From Heteronotia binoei (taxonomy: Eukaryota), in contig NC_083237.1 of NCBI RefSeq assembly GCF_032191835.1, forward strand, positions 8,680,001 through 8,744,000: a DNA stretch of 64,000 bases. The letters are read 5' to 3'. The first letter of the stretch is position 1. Each line of letters opens with the position of its first letter. A program made the translations under genes and the position numbers. Under the pieces are notes generated by a model. It was not told where the DNA came from. It did not search any database and saw only the letters and a program-made list of their open reading frames with translations. Shown piece by piece: positions 22,892 to 35,479 of the stretch.

Positions 22892-23072
22892 GACTAATTT
22901 CGCACTAGAGCTTTTATCCTGGTTTAACTCTATCCCCAAACTGACTTTCGACACTAGAATCATAGAATCAGAGAAACCAACTTTATGACTCTATGATTCT
23001 AAGGTTTTAGTGTAGAAAGTCAGTTTGGGGACAGAGTTAAACCAGGATTAAAGCTCTAGTGCGAAATTGGTC
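22892..23072. mobile_element. Palindromic PIF/Harbinger-like MITE
   Basis: ~66-bp inverted arms, 3-bp TSD ATC; gene 3 has the empty site (CATATC|ATGTC). Confidence 0.8.
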
Positions 23073-23744
23073 ATCATGTCTAATTCTGCATACTTTGTTC
23101 CAGATTTCTTTAATCCTAGTGCTATTTTATTAGATGTGCTATTCTATTGATTGTATCAATTTCCACTGTGTAATCTGCCCTGATTCTCAGTGAGAAAGCC
23201 AGATCATGACTACAGTAGTCAGTTATACAAATGCTCAATGAAAGTGCATCTAGAATGACAAACTCGTGTTCAATCACTTTCCAAGTTTCATATATTTGGC
23301 AATACACGTATGGATTATTTGAACATCTTCTGAAATCTCTATTATAGAAAAAGGGGATTTTTCTAAAAAAAAAAATTACACCCAATGTCTATTTGTCTTA
23401 ATTTATTTAAATTGTATCTAGTGAATATGGAGGGATGAAGAAAAAAATTAGAAAAAAAGATGAAACTTTTCACAACTCGCATATGAGAGACTGCAGAAAC
23501 TGAAGATATGAGGATAATCTGTGGTAAAGCCACGACACTGAAAAAGAAACTTCTGAACAGACTTATGCCTGGGCAACTGATCTAAAACTAACCTAAGGGG
23601 TTAATAGTGATAAAGGTGGGGTGTCACAATATGGAAGAAGACTGGAAAGAGTTGCAAAATATGTCCAAATGACTTACATTTGTCTTGGGATTTTAATGAC
23701 AGTGCTTTTGGTGATTTTGGTGATTTTAAGTTGCTTCATCCTGA

Positions 23745-24345
23745 ATAGCCCAAACTAGACTGAGTTTTTCAGACCTCAAAAGCTAAGCAGGATTGACTGT
23801 GGTTAGTACTTGAATGGGGGACAGGGGCGTAGCCAGGATTTCATGTTTGGTGGGGCCCACAGCAGGATTTGTTGTTTGAGGGCACTGAGGGACCACCTGG
23901 TTTTGCAGCCCTGGGCTCTCAGCACTGTAAGCTGCTTGAGTTCCCCAAACTAACCCCCTTCACCTGGGCAGTCACAGCAACTCTGGTCCCCTACCCCTTT
24001 CTTATGTGCCCATCTCTCAGAGAGACAGAGACCTCCTAACTCCCCCCCCCCTTTTTTTGGTCTGTTTGTTGTGACAGGGAAGGGTAGAGAAAAAAAGTGA
24101 AAAGGCCAGCATCAATGCTATTACTTGTTTAGAGTGGTGGTGAGCAAAGGGGACAGATTGGGGGCCCTACAATGGAGGGTTAGTGTACTTGAAAGGGGGT
24201 TATGAAAGGATGGGCCTGGGCCCCACCGTAGCTACGGGTCTGGGGACCACCAAGAAAGATCAAGGATCCTATGCAGAGGAAGGCAATGGCAAGCCACCTT
24301 GACTCATCTCTTGCTTGGAAAGATTCCATGAAGGGTCTCCAGGAG
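23745..24345 (+). mobile_element. 5S-derived SINE split by a MITE
   Basis: Head 23745-23821, tail resumes at 24243; the uninterrupted paralog is at 35110-35290. Confidence 0.7.
23822..24242. mobile_element. Non-autonomous DNA transposon (MITE)
   Basis: TIRs CAGGGGCGTAGC / GCTACGGGTCTG; absent in gene 3; only a GGGA duplication is visible. Confidence 0.75.
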
Positions 24346-24393
24346 TTACTTATGGCCTCACAGCACTTCATAATAGTATTGTGGTGTTTCATT

Positions 24394-24665
24394 AAGTTTA
24401 ATTTAATTTTAGATTTATATCCTGCTCAGGGAAGTTTACAACAGAAATTTAAACACCTATTACAAATTAAATCATCATAAAAACGTAACAATATAGAACA
24501 TAACAGTATAAAAACAAAGGCAATACAGTGTCACAACACATATGGGAAGCCAGCAACAGTGTATAGGCTGATATCTTCAACACAGCACAGTCACCATGAT
24601 AGTAAGCCCATGATAGGGAGGCCAGATGATACCAAAGCCTGGTGGAAGAACTCTGTTTTGCATGT
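24394..24665 (-). mobile_element. L2 3' end fragment
   Basis: TTTAGATTTATATCC tail motif; absent at the aligned site in gene 3 intron 1. Confidence 0.55.
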
Positions 24666-25023
24666 TGTCGTGTGGTTGCAAGTTGTCATGTGGTACTTTG
24701 TGAGCTGCTTCAAGTAGATGGCAGATCCATTTTCTGAACAACGCCCCCCCTCAAAAAAAAATTCTTTTTACCACAATATTGTCATAAAAGTTATTATTTG
24801 ATGGAAAGAACACCATGATGCTGTCTTTCTTTCAGCTGGGTAATTTGTGAATGGCAAGGCAATGATTGGAATGATTCTGAAGTACCAAACAACTGGGAAT
24901 TCCTTTCCCCCCAGGAAAAGTCTTTTTTACATTTTTTTTTAGCTAAGCAACATATGGTAAAATGACAGTATGCATTGTAAAACACTACAACAAAAAGCAT
25001 TTTTCTCTTTTTTTAAAAAAAAG

Positions 25024-25315
25024 TATAGTGACTAAATTCTACCAACATCTCCTGGCCTTGGCATTTGCTGTTAAGGAGATCAACGAGAACCCAAAGATCA
25101 TGCCAAATGTCAGTCTGGGGTTCCACATCTATGACTCCTATCATTGTGTTCGAACAACCTATCGTTCCTCTCTGGATCTCCTCTATACATTGCATAGATA
25201 TTTCCCCAATTATAAATGTCACCCCCCAAAAAACTTAATAGCTGTCATTGGAGGACTTAGCTTGGAAGTTTCTTCCTACATGGCCGACCTCTTGGGTCTC
25301 TACAAAATTCCACAG
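25024..25315 (+). CDS. Vmn2r: V2R gene 2 exon 2
   Basis: 292 nt, IVTKFYQHLLALAFAVKEINENPK...YKIPQ. Confidence 0.92.
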
Positions 25316-25682
25316 GTAGGCTCTCTGAATGGAATGGTGAAAGATTTTAGAAATAATTATCATTCCCTTGTGGGAGTTACTCAGAAGGAGGAGAGATAAG
25401 GATAACAGAAAAATAATGACTTCCTGTTGCCTTGTAGAAGGAAGGGAAGCCCAAACAAGAATTTATTTACTAGACTGGGGGTGGGGGGGATGTTGCAAGT
25501 ATACGGTAGAATACAATATTTTAAGTAGATTTTTTTAAATGATTTTGAAGAAACTGTCATGCTATCGTTTGTGAAAATTAAATTAAAATTAGATCACTAA
25601 ACTCCTCCTTCAAACAGGCAAGAGAACACAGGCAGGTATTCCATTCAAATCTTTTCTAAAACATCTGCATCTTTCCTTAAAG

Positions 25683-26546
25683 CTCACCTATGGCTCGTTT
25701 GCCCCAAAGGAGAAGGGTACAAGAGATTTGCCTTCCTTTTACTCCATGGCCCCAAACGAAGCTCAGCAGTATATGGGGATTATCAAATTACTTCAGCATT
25801 TTGGATGGCGGTGGATTGGGCTCTTTGCTGTGGATGATGACAGTGGAGACCGTTTCTTGGAGGTGATGAAGCCATTGTTTTCCCAGCATGGTATCTGCTT
25901 GGCATTCACAGAAAGACTCTTAAATCAAGCTCATTGGGATGGCATGAATGAAATAATAGATTTAATTGAAAATATATATCTAGCTTTCACTAAAAGCATG
26001 GCTAGGACCTATGTGCTCTATGGAGAATCTTTTACAATTATAGCACTTAATATTTTTTTGTTCTGGGGCAATCCTGATCACAAGGAAAATATTTCATTTA
26101 GAAAGGTGTGGATTATGACAGCCCAAGTTGATTTTACATTAACAGGTACTCAAAGATCCTGGGATTTCGAGTTTTACCATGGTGCCATTTCCTTCATGAT
26201 TCACTCAGATATGCTTTCAGGATTCCATATGTTTCTTCAGGATAGGAATCCTTATTCAGCACAAGGAGATGGTTTTCTCAAGGATTTCTGGGAACAAGCT
26301 TTTGACTGTGCATTTCCAAATCCCTGGGGGGTATTGGAAATCAATGAAACATGTACTGGTGAGGAAAGGCTAGAGAGTCTCCCCGGGCCTGTGTTTGAAA
26401 CGTACATGACTGGCCACAGCTACAGTATCTACAACGCCGTCTATGCTGTGGCACATGCCTTGCATGCCATGTGCTCTTCTAAACCCCACAGCAGAGCACT
26501 TGTGGACAGCAAACAAGCTGTACTTCAAGATCTTCAACCTTGGCAG
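25683..26546 (+). CDS. Vmn2r: V2R gene 2 exon 3
   Basis: 864 nt, LTYGSFAP...LQDLQPWQ. Confidence 0.95.
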
Positions 26547-26996
26547 GTAATGTCACCAAAGCAAATTGGTTCATTGCCGTGAACAGATTTATTGATGTAT
26601 TTATTCATATTTACATGGGTTGTGTGTTTAGTATGGGATGAGTTTGTCCCAATAAACAGGCAGTGGACAATAATATTAAAATATTATAAATCAGCAAAAA
26701 AGAAATCTTGTGAGCTACCAAAGTGGGCCATTTTGAAACATCTTCATCCAAGCTTGTTGTCAAGACTAGCTCATTCTGTTTTGCTTTATAGTAAATCTTA
26801 ATTTTATCGTTAAATTTCTATTTATTGTTATTTAGTCACACTTTTATGTGACTCTGTAGCCCTCTCTGAGTGTGCTTGTAGGAATAGTTAGAAATTGAAC
26901 GAATAAATGAATAAATGAATATATAGCTGTGTCACTTAATTGCACACAGTATAATTGTGTTTTTTAAAAGAAATTTTTATTGTTTAAGCATCCTCA

Positions 26997-27168
26997 CAGA
27001 GCTTTTTTTGTAGAAGGAACATATTAGGTCATGCCCCCTTGATGTAGCCAATCCTCTCAGAGCTTACAAGGCTCTTTTTACAGGGCCTACTGAATGCTCC
27101 AGGAGGATTGGCTACATCAGGCGTGTGGTCTAATATGCAATGGAGTTCCTGCTACAAAAAGAGCCCTG
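26997..27168. mobile_element. hAT-like MITE
   Basis: CAGAGCTTTTTTTGTAG / CTACAAAAAGAGCCCTG termini; internal inverted repeat GATGTAGCCAATCCTC / GAGGATTGGCTACATC. Confidence 0.7.
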
Positions 27169-27948
27169 GATCATAGTAACCAACACTTTGCAACCCAGAC
27201 AATGCCAGGATTTATTTTTATTTTTATTTATTTTATTTTATTTCATTTATATCCTGCCCTCCCCACTGAAGCAGGCTCAGGATTCTATTATCTAGAGACC
27301 AAAGTGAGACAATTTCCACCCATCTGTAAAGGAAACTTTAACTCTCAAAACCTCTATATCAGCAGGGTTGTTATATGCTCAGAACTGGAAAACTATGCAT
27401 ATACCTACAATACAGGAATGGGTGGTCAAGATGATGGAATTTGAAGAGATGGCCTAACTTACATCTTTGATAAAAGATAACATTTTATTTAATTTTATGC
27501 ATGTATGGAAACCCTTTATGGATTTCTTGCATGAAAAAGAAAAAAAAATGAACTGTGTGTGTAGGTGTCTCTTTTTGTTTCCCCCCCTTTTTATTATTTG
27601 TACAAAAATTCTAATACAATATTATGAATTAAAAAAATATATCACAAAAATCTTGTTTGTCTCTCAGCCGCTGTTGGACCCAAATCAAGCTGTTTCCCTG
27701 TATGAATATCTAGGAAATTAATGTATCATTCATTTACAATATTTTGTGCCTTCTCCTTTTCTTCAGTAATTGAAGACCCCAAAAGGTAACTCACACATAT
27801 TCAGTTTTGTTGTGCCGTAAAATAATTGCACTGCCAAGATGGACAGATAAAGTGGCATCACAGTTGCATCAACAATGAAAGACATTTTGAAACCTCAGCA
27901 TAAACCAAGAGCAAAATGATGTTGGTGTTGTTTTCCTCTTTCCAACAG

Positions 27949-28176
27949 ATCCATCCATTTCTTCAAGGCATCTCATTTAACAACTCAGCTGGAGAAGCAG
28001 TGCTTTTTAATGACGACATGGAAATAGCCACTGGATTTGACATAACCACCTTGATCACATTCCCAAATAAATCCTTCCTCAGGGTGAAAGTTGGAAGAAT
28101 GGATCCAAGTGCTCCTAAAGGAAAAGAATTCACCATCAATGAGGAGAGGATTGTATGGCAAACAAGTTTTAACCAG
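27949..28176 (+). CDS. Vmn2r: V2R gene 2 exon 4
   Basis: 228 nt, IHPFLQGISFNNSAGEA...WQTSFNQ. Confidence 0.95.
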
Positions 28177-28607
28177 GTATGGATTGTAGGGTCTTCTTTG
28201 AGGCCACTCAGTTCTCTAAAAGTTTGGTTCAGGGATTGACGATCTTCATCAGTTCTTTATCTTGGTCTCTTTTGTTTCTTCTTGTGGCTCTATAGCAACA
28301 ATAGAGCCACATTTGACAAGTCGATGTTAAAGGAAGATGCAATACCGATGTTTCAAAAATCTAATTTTCTAGTGTCATTCGAAAGCGACTGATCAGAAAT
28401 CAAAATATATGAAATTATAACCATGCCGGTATCAGCCTTTGGTAGATTTCTTAGGGAGTTGTATAAACCTTTCACCAGAGGAAAGTCCCAATGCGACTCT
28501 TTGGTTTTTTTTCTTTATTACAGTCCCCAGTATTGCAAAAAGACGCTACCATGCTCCCGGTAATTTTTCCTGTTGGTTTTTCTTAAGTGGAATGATTTCC
28601 CCACTCT

Positions 28608-28800
28608 GACCTGGATTGCATAATCTAACGTTATTTTCTCAGATCCAGAAGCTGAGCAAGGTCCGCCCCGTTTAGTGTTTAGATGTAAGAGTACCAAGGA
28701 AGGGGCAGGAAATGGCAAACCACCTCTGTTTACCTGTTGCCTTGAAAACTCTATGGAGTTGCCATAAGTCAATTGTGACTTGATGGCACTTCGCACCACA
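28608..28800 (+). mobile_element. 5S-derived SINE (shared with gene 3 intron 4)
   Basis: 5S-like head plus GGAAATGGCAAACCACCTCTG...TTGCCTTGAAAAC tail. Confidence 0.7.
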
Positions 28801-28909
28801 AACTGATGAAGAACCAGATTGCACACATAATTACTCAACTTTTACTGAACCCTGGTGTGTGTTGTTCAGCTATCAAACAATAAATAGTATTATGTTTATG
28901 TTGGGACAG

Positions 28910-29036
28910 GTGGTGCCCCTTTCCCTGTGTAACGATTACTGCTATCCTGGTTATCACAAGAAAAAGAAAGAAGGGGAGCCATTTTGTTGCTATGATTGTG
29001 CTCCATGTTCAAAAGGGAAGATTTCAAATCAGAAGG
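28910..29036 (+). CDS. Vmn2r: V2R gene 2 exon 5
   Basis: 127 nt, VVPLSLCNDYCYPG...FCCYDCAPCSKGKISNQK. Confidence 0.95.
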
Positions 29037-29584
29037 GTAAGTTGTGTAGCATACCAGCTTGCAGGGTTAGTCTGCTGTGCATGTTACCACTTCATGAAAG
29101 AGTAGTTTCTCCCATTATGAACAATACTGGAAGAACTACTACAAAGAAGAAGAAAAATAGCAACCAGTTCCAGAACAAGGTCACCTTAAACTCATCATAG
29201 TTAAGGTTTCTCAGTTCCCATATATTATTGTTCTTTACCAAATGAGGAGAAATCAAGGGTACAGTCAAGTCGGCTTTCTAACTTAATGTTGACCAATTCT
29301 CTGTTGCACATGGATTTTTGCCCATGGGTTTCACAGTTCCCAGTTTTGCATTGATGTTTTGTCAAAGGAGTCAGCTCTTCACTTTCTCACCAGAAGAAAA
29401 GCTGGTGGGATTCCACCCCAAGTGATGTACATGCATGTGTCTACCAGCCTTTGGTTGGCAACAGAGTTGTGAGAACACCAAGATGAGACTTGGGGGGGGG
29501 GGGGGGACATGAAAACCTGAAGCTCCATTGCACTGTGCCAAACCATTCCTCTATAAAGGACAGAATGCTCTACTCTGATTAATC

Positions 29585-29844
29585 ATGATGATATTGGATT
29601 TATATCCCAGCCTATACTCTGAATATCAGAGTCTCAAAGTAGTCACAAACTCCTTTACCTTCCCCTCTCCACCACAGACACCCTGTGAGGTGGGTGAGGC
29701 TGAGAGAGCTCTCACAGAAGCTGCCCTTTCAAGGACAACTCCTACGAGAGCTATGACTGACCCAAGGCCATTCCAGCAGCTGCAAGTGGAGGAGTGGGGA
29801 ATCAAACCCAGTTCTCTCAGATAAGAATCCACCAAACTGGCTCT
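29585..29844 (-). mobile_element. Squam3-like SINE
   Basis: Match to the other copies. Confidence 0.85.
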
Positions 29845-30840
29845 ATGAAGAGAGTGGCTCTACAAAGCTCAAGGTAAAGGTCCCTCCTATCACAATCCAC
29901 CTGGCCTTTATTCTTGGAGATGTCAGGAATCTAGAATGATTTGTATGCAAGGGACAAGAACCATCCTCAGATGTATTCAAGTAGGGCCAGGACCCCTCTA
30001 TGTGACCATCATTTTTTGGAAAATAAAGTCAGATTTTCACATTTCTTCTTGAAATGATTCTTTTCCAAAATAGGAAGAAACTGGAGACGCTCCAATATCG
30101 TCAGATTGGCTGGGGTCCCATTCACACTGCCTTCCAGGTCCTGGAATCCTATGTGCTGAAAACAGGATTCTGTTACCCAGTGACATCCAAACCACCCCAA
30201 GGCAATCTCCCACTATCTTGCTTTCTCATCTCCCACCACTGATGGTTTGGTTTTTTATATCATCCCAGGCACCAAATATCCCTCTGAAATGCAGTTTCTA
30301 GTGTGCCTGAAGTACTTTCATTAGGAATTCTGAATATGATATTTCCCAGGACTCTGGGTTTCCTTCTATCTGGGCCAGTGGAGGGGTTTATGTCTGATTC
30401 TCAAGAATGGAGTCAGGAGTCTTGAGTCCTTTGTATTTGGAAGGATGGAAGGAGAAACCCAGGAAATAAATAAAATAAAGTTAATATCTTATACAGATTA
30501 TTGGTTATCATTCTCGTCCACTCCTGGATTCCTCTGATGGATGGTCCAGCTCACCACTGGTGAAAAGTTACTGAACCCTGACTGAGAGAGCGCATATCCC
30601 ACCTTTCTACTCTAGAGCAATAATACAGCAATTACATAATGCCTGTTTAGCTTTAGATAAACAGGCCTCCAAACAAAGACAAATGTAATACAAGGATTAG
30701 AACTCTGAAATGTGTTTGGAAGCAGACATCTAACATGTCCCATGCTGTTACTATGGCAAAGTAGGTCAGCAAGTTAACTCTGAGTCCCATGAGAAGGACC
30801 ACTGTCAGGTTGAGTCATTTTTTTTTTTTTTTTTTTGTAG

Positions 30841-31742
30841 ATATGGATGACTGCATCAAATGCCCAGGAGATCAATACCCAAGCATGGACCGTGATCAAT
30901 GTCTTCCCAAGATGCTGAGCTTTCTGTCTTATGAACAACCTTTGGGGATTGGATTAGCCTTGATTGCCCTTTCTCTTTCCCTCATCACAGCCTTAGTGCT
31001 GGGAATTTTCATTAAGCACAAGGATACACCAATTGTCAAAGCCAACAACAGGGATATCACCTACACTCTGTTCATCTCCCTCCTGCTCTGCTTTCTCTGT
31101 TCTTTCCTTTTTCTGGGATGGCCTGGGAAGGTGACTTGCCTCTTAAGACAAGTGGCTTTTGGTATCATTTTCTCAGTGGCTGTTTCTTGTGTGTTGGCCA
31201 AAACCATCACTGTGGTGGTAGCTTTCATGGCCACCAAACCGGGGTCCAGCATAAGGAAGTGGGTGGGGAAAAGACTGGCCACCACTATTCTTCTTTCCTC
31301 TTCCTTCACTCAGGCAGGCATTTGTATGGTGTGGCTTGGAACCTCTCCCCCTTTCCCAGATGTGGACATGCTCTCTTTGACTGAAGAGATCATCCTAGAA
31401 TGCAATGAAGGCTCTGTTGCTATGTTTTATATCGTCCTGGGCTACTTGGGATTTCTGTCCCTCATCAGCTTGATTGTGGCTTTCTTTGCTAGGAAGTTGC
31501 CAGACAGTTTTAACGAAGCCAAGTTCATCACCTTCAGCATGCTGATTTTTTGCAGTGTTTGGTTGTCTTTTGTTCCAACCTACCTGAGTACCAAAGGGAA
31601 AGACATGGTAGCTGTGGAGATCTTCTCTATCTTGGCCTCCAGTGCTGGGTTGCTGGGATGTATCTTTTCCCCTAAATGCTACATTATTCTGATGAGACCT
31701 GAGTTGAACAATAGGGAAATGCTCACAAGAAGACAGAATTAA
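30841..31742 (+). CDS. Vmn2r: V2R gene 2 exon 6 (7TM)
   Basis: [14 protein letters not shown]...[18 protein letters not shown]...stop; poly-T acceptor. Confidence 0.96.
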
Positions 31743-32639
31743 AGTATTGAAGATCGCTCTTGAAGGCATTCTTTAGCTTTAGAGCAGAGATAACAGGCCT
31801 AGTCTAAGAGAACTGCAGAGACGCAATGGTTAATTCCATGCTTGAATGCTGGGCAGAGCAATTGCCTGAGCCACACCCATGCCTCAGTGCTAGTCTATTC
31901 TCAAAGGGCATGAATGATGTCCTGGCCAACAGATAGATTTAGTCAGTTTGCAGTGTTTTCTGTTTGTAACCAGAGTAGCATCTATAGCAACCATGCTACA
32001 GTGGTCTGTGGAGACATTGTGTGGAGGTGGTAGCACTTTAATAGACAGAGCTGCCAGAACCAATCATGGGCCATGTGACAAGGAGGTGGAGTCCAGTGTC
32101 CATCTCAACAGGGGGTGGGGAGGCATGAATCCAAAGAGATCCACGGAATGAGGCTGAACCACAAAATAACAAACTGTGAATGAATAAATAACACACCTAC
32201 AATATATAAATTTAAATACTTCAGCAATACACATTCGCAATTTTATGATCAATCATATGCACACAGGAATTGTCCACTATAGAGAATCTCTCAATAAATG
32301 TCTTTAAATTCTTGAGTCATGTCTTTGCAATGCTGATCCTGAGAACTTAGGGAGTTTCCTGCATCATGCAGAGAGCATTGTACTAAATGACCCTGGGGAT
32401 CTCTTCCAGCTCTATGATTCTATGATTTTAAGTGTAAGGTTCTTCTCAACTCCCACTCAAAAGGTGGGAAGATGAGTTTGTGCCAGTCTTATGCTTGATG
32501 AAAGTACTTTCATGAAGTCTTTTGTTAATTTCAATTTAACCTGGATTTTGGCAGTTTACAATAAATAATGCATTATATGAAGAGGCAAAAAAATATACAA
32601 CCTACAAAGTCACTGATTAATAATTCCAATTAAGACAGC

Positions 32640-33220
32640 ATATAATAAAAGCTAAATAAATCAAAATGCAGTCCTAAGTAATACTGTCTTCAAGCGCCTC
32701 CTGAAGATCGATAATGAGGTAACCAGGTGCACCTCTCTGGGGAGGTTGTCCCATAATTGTAGGGCTGCCACCAAAAAGGCCCTCTCTCATATATCCACCA
32801 AATAAGCACGTTTAATTTGTGGGACAATGAGGATGGCATCTCCACATGATCTTAATTCCCAGGCAGGAACATATGCAAGAAGATAGTCCTTCAGATGATC
32901 CAATCCCAAACCATGTATGGCTTTAAAGGACAAGAGCAATGCCTCTAATTGGCTCAGGAGCGGATTGGGAGCCATTGTAATTGTTGTTATATTTGGGGTT
33001 TATGTGCCTGATAGCTAACCTTGACCAGCAGTCTAGCTGCAGCATTCTGCACTAGCTGCAGCTAATAAACATTCTTCAAGACTAGCCTCACATAGAGCAC
33101 ATGGTAATAGTCCAGCCAAGATGTAACTGTCATGGATCACTGTGGGTAGATCTAACTGAACTCGGAGAGAACAAAGTTGATGCACCAGCCAGAGGGAGCT
33201 TGGTTTCAGATTTTTGCAGT
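32640..33220 (-). mobile_element. Degenerate L2 3' portion
   Basis: Minus frames give SFKAIHGLGLDHLKDYL and DLPTVIH, similar to the L2 copies at 9.2-9.5 kb. Confidence 0.7.
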
Positions 33221-34110
33221 CATTCCTAATCGTATTCCATTGTTCATTGGAGATACTTTCTGAGGGCAACCATGTTGGTCTAAAGTAGAAGAACTCAATT
33301 AAATTCCAACCTTAGAGACAGTCAAGATTTCCAGGGTATTAGCTTTTCTTAGCCTCTGGTAAAGGAAGCTTGGATTCTCAGAAGCTAATACCCCCAAATC
33401 TTGTTAGTTTTGAAGGTGTTACTGGACTCCAGTCTAATTGTTCACAGGATGCCCCATCCTATTACTATGCTGACTTACTGTGAAGACCACCTTGATGTTC
33501 AGAGAGAAAGTTAATTAAATAATAAATAATTATAAATCTTATGTCCTTTCCTTAACTTCCCGGCTTCATCTTAGTGTTTTTTAATTTCGTTTTTGTTTGG
33601 AAATATGGAAACCACCTAGGGAAAAGAGAATGTTTGTGGCCAAATTTTGGTGTATGTGTGTTGGGGGGGGGGGGTGTTCCCTCACAACCCAGATGCTACT
33701 GAGATAATTTTCTCCATCTCCAGAATTATCCAAATCACTGTCATTTATTCTAATAGACAGTGGCTCTTCATTTATTCTAAGCTCCAGTGGCTCTTCAGGG
33801 GGAGTAAAAGATGCCTGGTAAAAAAGACTGAAAGTGGTTCTAAAGCTTCTGTGACAATGGTTATTATGGGAAAGGGGTGGTAGTGGATAATGCTGAGCCC
33901 TGTAGGTCTGACCACTGATATATCATTTTGCTCAATCAGCCCTGCTGTTGTAGCATGCAATCTCAGCTGCTGTTGGAAGCATGCCATTATGCCTCTGCTG
34001 ATGCTTTTTAAAGGCTTATGCATTTCCTTTAAAAAAAAAAAAAAGCAGATTAGCAGAGTCAATTCCACCCAAGACAGACTGTCTTAGTGTCAGAGCAGAA
34101 TTTGCACCTA

Positions 34111-34328
34111 ATGCTATTAAGGATGGTGCTCTTCCTACTCTTTCTATCACTCCTGGTCTCTGAAGCAGATTCCATGGAGTGTATCCTGAATGATCTCCTC
34201 CCTGTTCCACATCAATGGTACCAGCCAGGGGACCTCCTCATTGGTGGGATGACTTCTCATATTGTTTATCATTTCCATGAAATTCTCTTCAAAGAATGTC
34301 CCTATCAGGACTTGTCTTGGAATCCATC
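34111..34328 (+). CDS. Vmn2r: V2R gene 3 exon 1
   Basis: MLLRMVLFLLFL...VPHQWYQPGDLLIGGMTSH; GTAAGG donor. Confidence 0.9.
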
Positions 34329-35109
34329 GTAAGGAATTATATTCCCATGACTTCAAGTGAACTTGAAGTTATGTTTTTTTCCCTGTATGTATTATCCTGC
34401 TCTTGTTGCATTTTCTCCTGATAGAATGTCATTTTTCTACACTGTTTAACATATCATGTCTAATACTGAATGCTTTGTTTCAAATTTCTTTAATACGAGT
34501 ATTGTTCCATTACTAAATATCTCAATCTATTGATCACATTGATTTCCACTGTCATCTGCCTTGAGTCTCAGTGAGAAAGACAGATTATGACTACGGCAAA
34601 TAATAAATGTGAGTCAATTATATAAATGCATCTAGCATGACACATTTGTATCCAATCACTTTCAAAGACTTGTATGTTTGGCAATTAGTTGACTATCTTC
34701 TGAAATCTCTATTATAGAAAAGGCGGGACTTTTAAAAAAGAAAATACACCCAATGTCTATTTCTCTTCATTTATCTAAATTGTATCTGGTTATAGAGGCT
34801 TGAAGAAAAAAATAGAAAAAGGGGGAATTTTTTCACAACAAATATGAGAGACTGCAGAAATTGAAAATATATAAGGCTAATCTGTGATAAAGCCATACAT
34901 TGAAAAATAAACTTCTGTAAAGACTCACATCTGGGCAACAGATCTAAAACAAATCTAAAATGATAATACTGATAAAGGTTTGTGTCAGAATGTTTAAGAC
35001 CACAAGAAGGAGTTGCAAAATGTGTCCAAATGTGTCCAAATGACTCACATTTGTGTTGAACTTTTAATGGCTGTGGTTTTATTGATTTTAATGATTTTAA
35101 ATCTGCTTC

Positions 35110-35290
35110 AGCCTAAATAGCCCAAACTAGCCTGAGTTTTTCAGACCTCAAAAACTAAGCAGGGTTGACCATGGTTAGTACTTGAATGGGGGGCCATCAA
35201 GAGAGACTAAGGTTCCTATGCAGAGGAAGGCAATGGCAAGCCACCTTGGCTCATCCCTTGCTTTGAAAGATGCATTGAAAGGTCTCCAGG
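35110..35290 (+). mobile_element. 5S-derived SINE
   Basis: AAACTAAGCAGGG...GGTTAGTACTTGAATGGG head, GAAGGCAATGGCAAGCCACC tail. Confidence 0.7.
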
Positions 35291-35479
35291 AGTTATTTAT
35301 GGCCTCAAAACACTTCATAATATTCTTATGGTGTTTCATGAATTTGTCATGTGGTACTTCATGAGCTGCTTCAAGTAGGTGGCAGTTCAGTTTTCTGAAT
35401 GAAAATAAATAAATATATTTATTTTTATGCAGTATTCTCATAAATACGTATGTATTTTAACATTTATGTTGTAGAAAAG

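Larger units (their letters stand above)
22529..31742 (+). other. Vmn2r: V2R gene 2 (type B), 6 coding exons, predicted intact 876-aa receptor
   Basis: join(22529..22746,25024..25315,25683..26546,27949..28176,28910..29036,30841..31742) = 2631 nt; GT-AG introns, open frame. Confidence 0.93.

Noticed and set aside
33355-33440. Second hammerhead ribozyme in a Penelope-like remnant (also the remnant at 3040)
   Set aside because: The CUGANGA core is mutated or missing in both.
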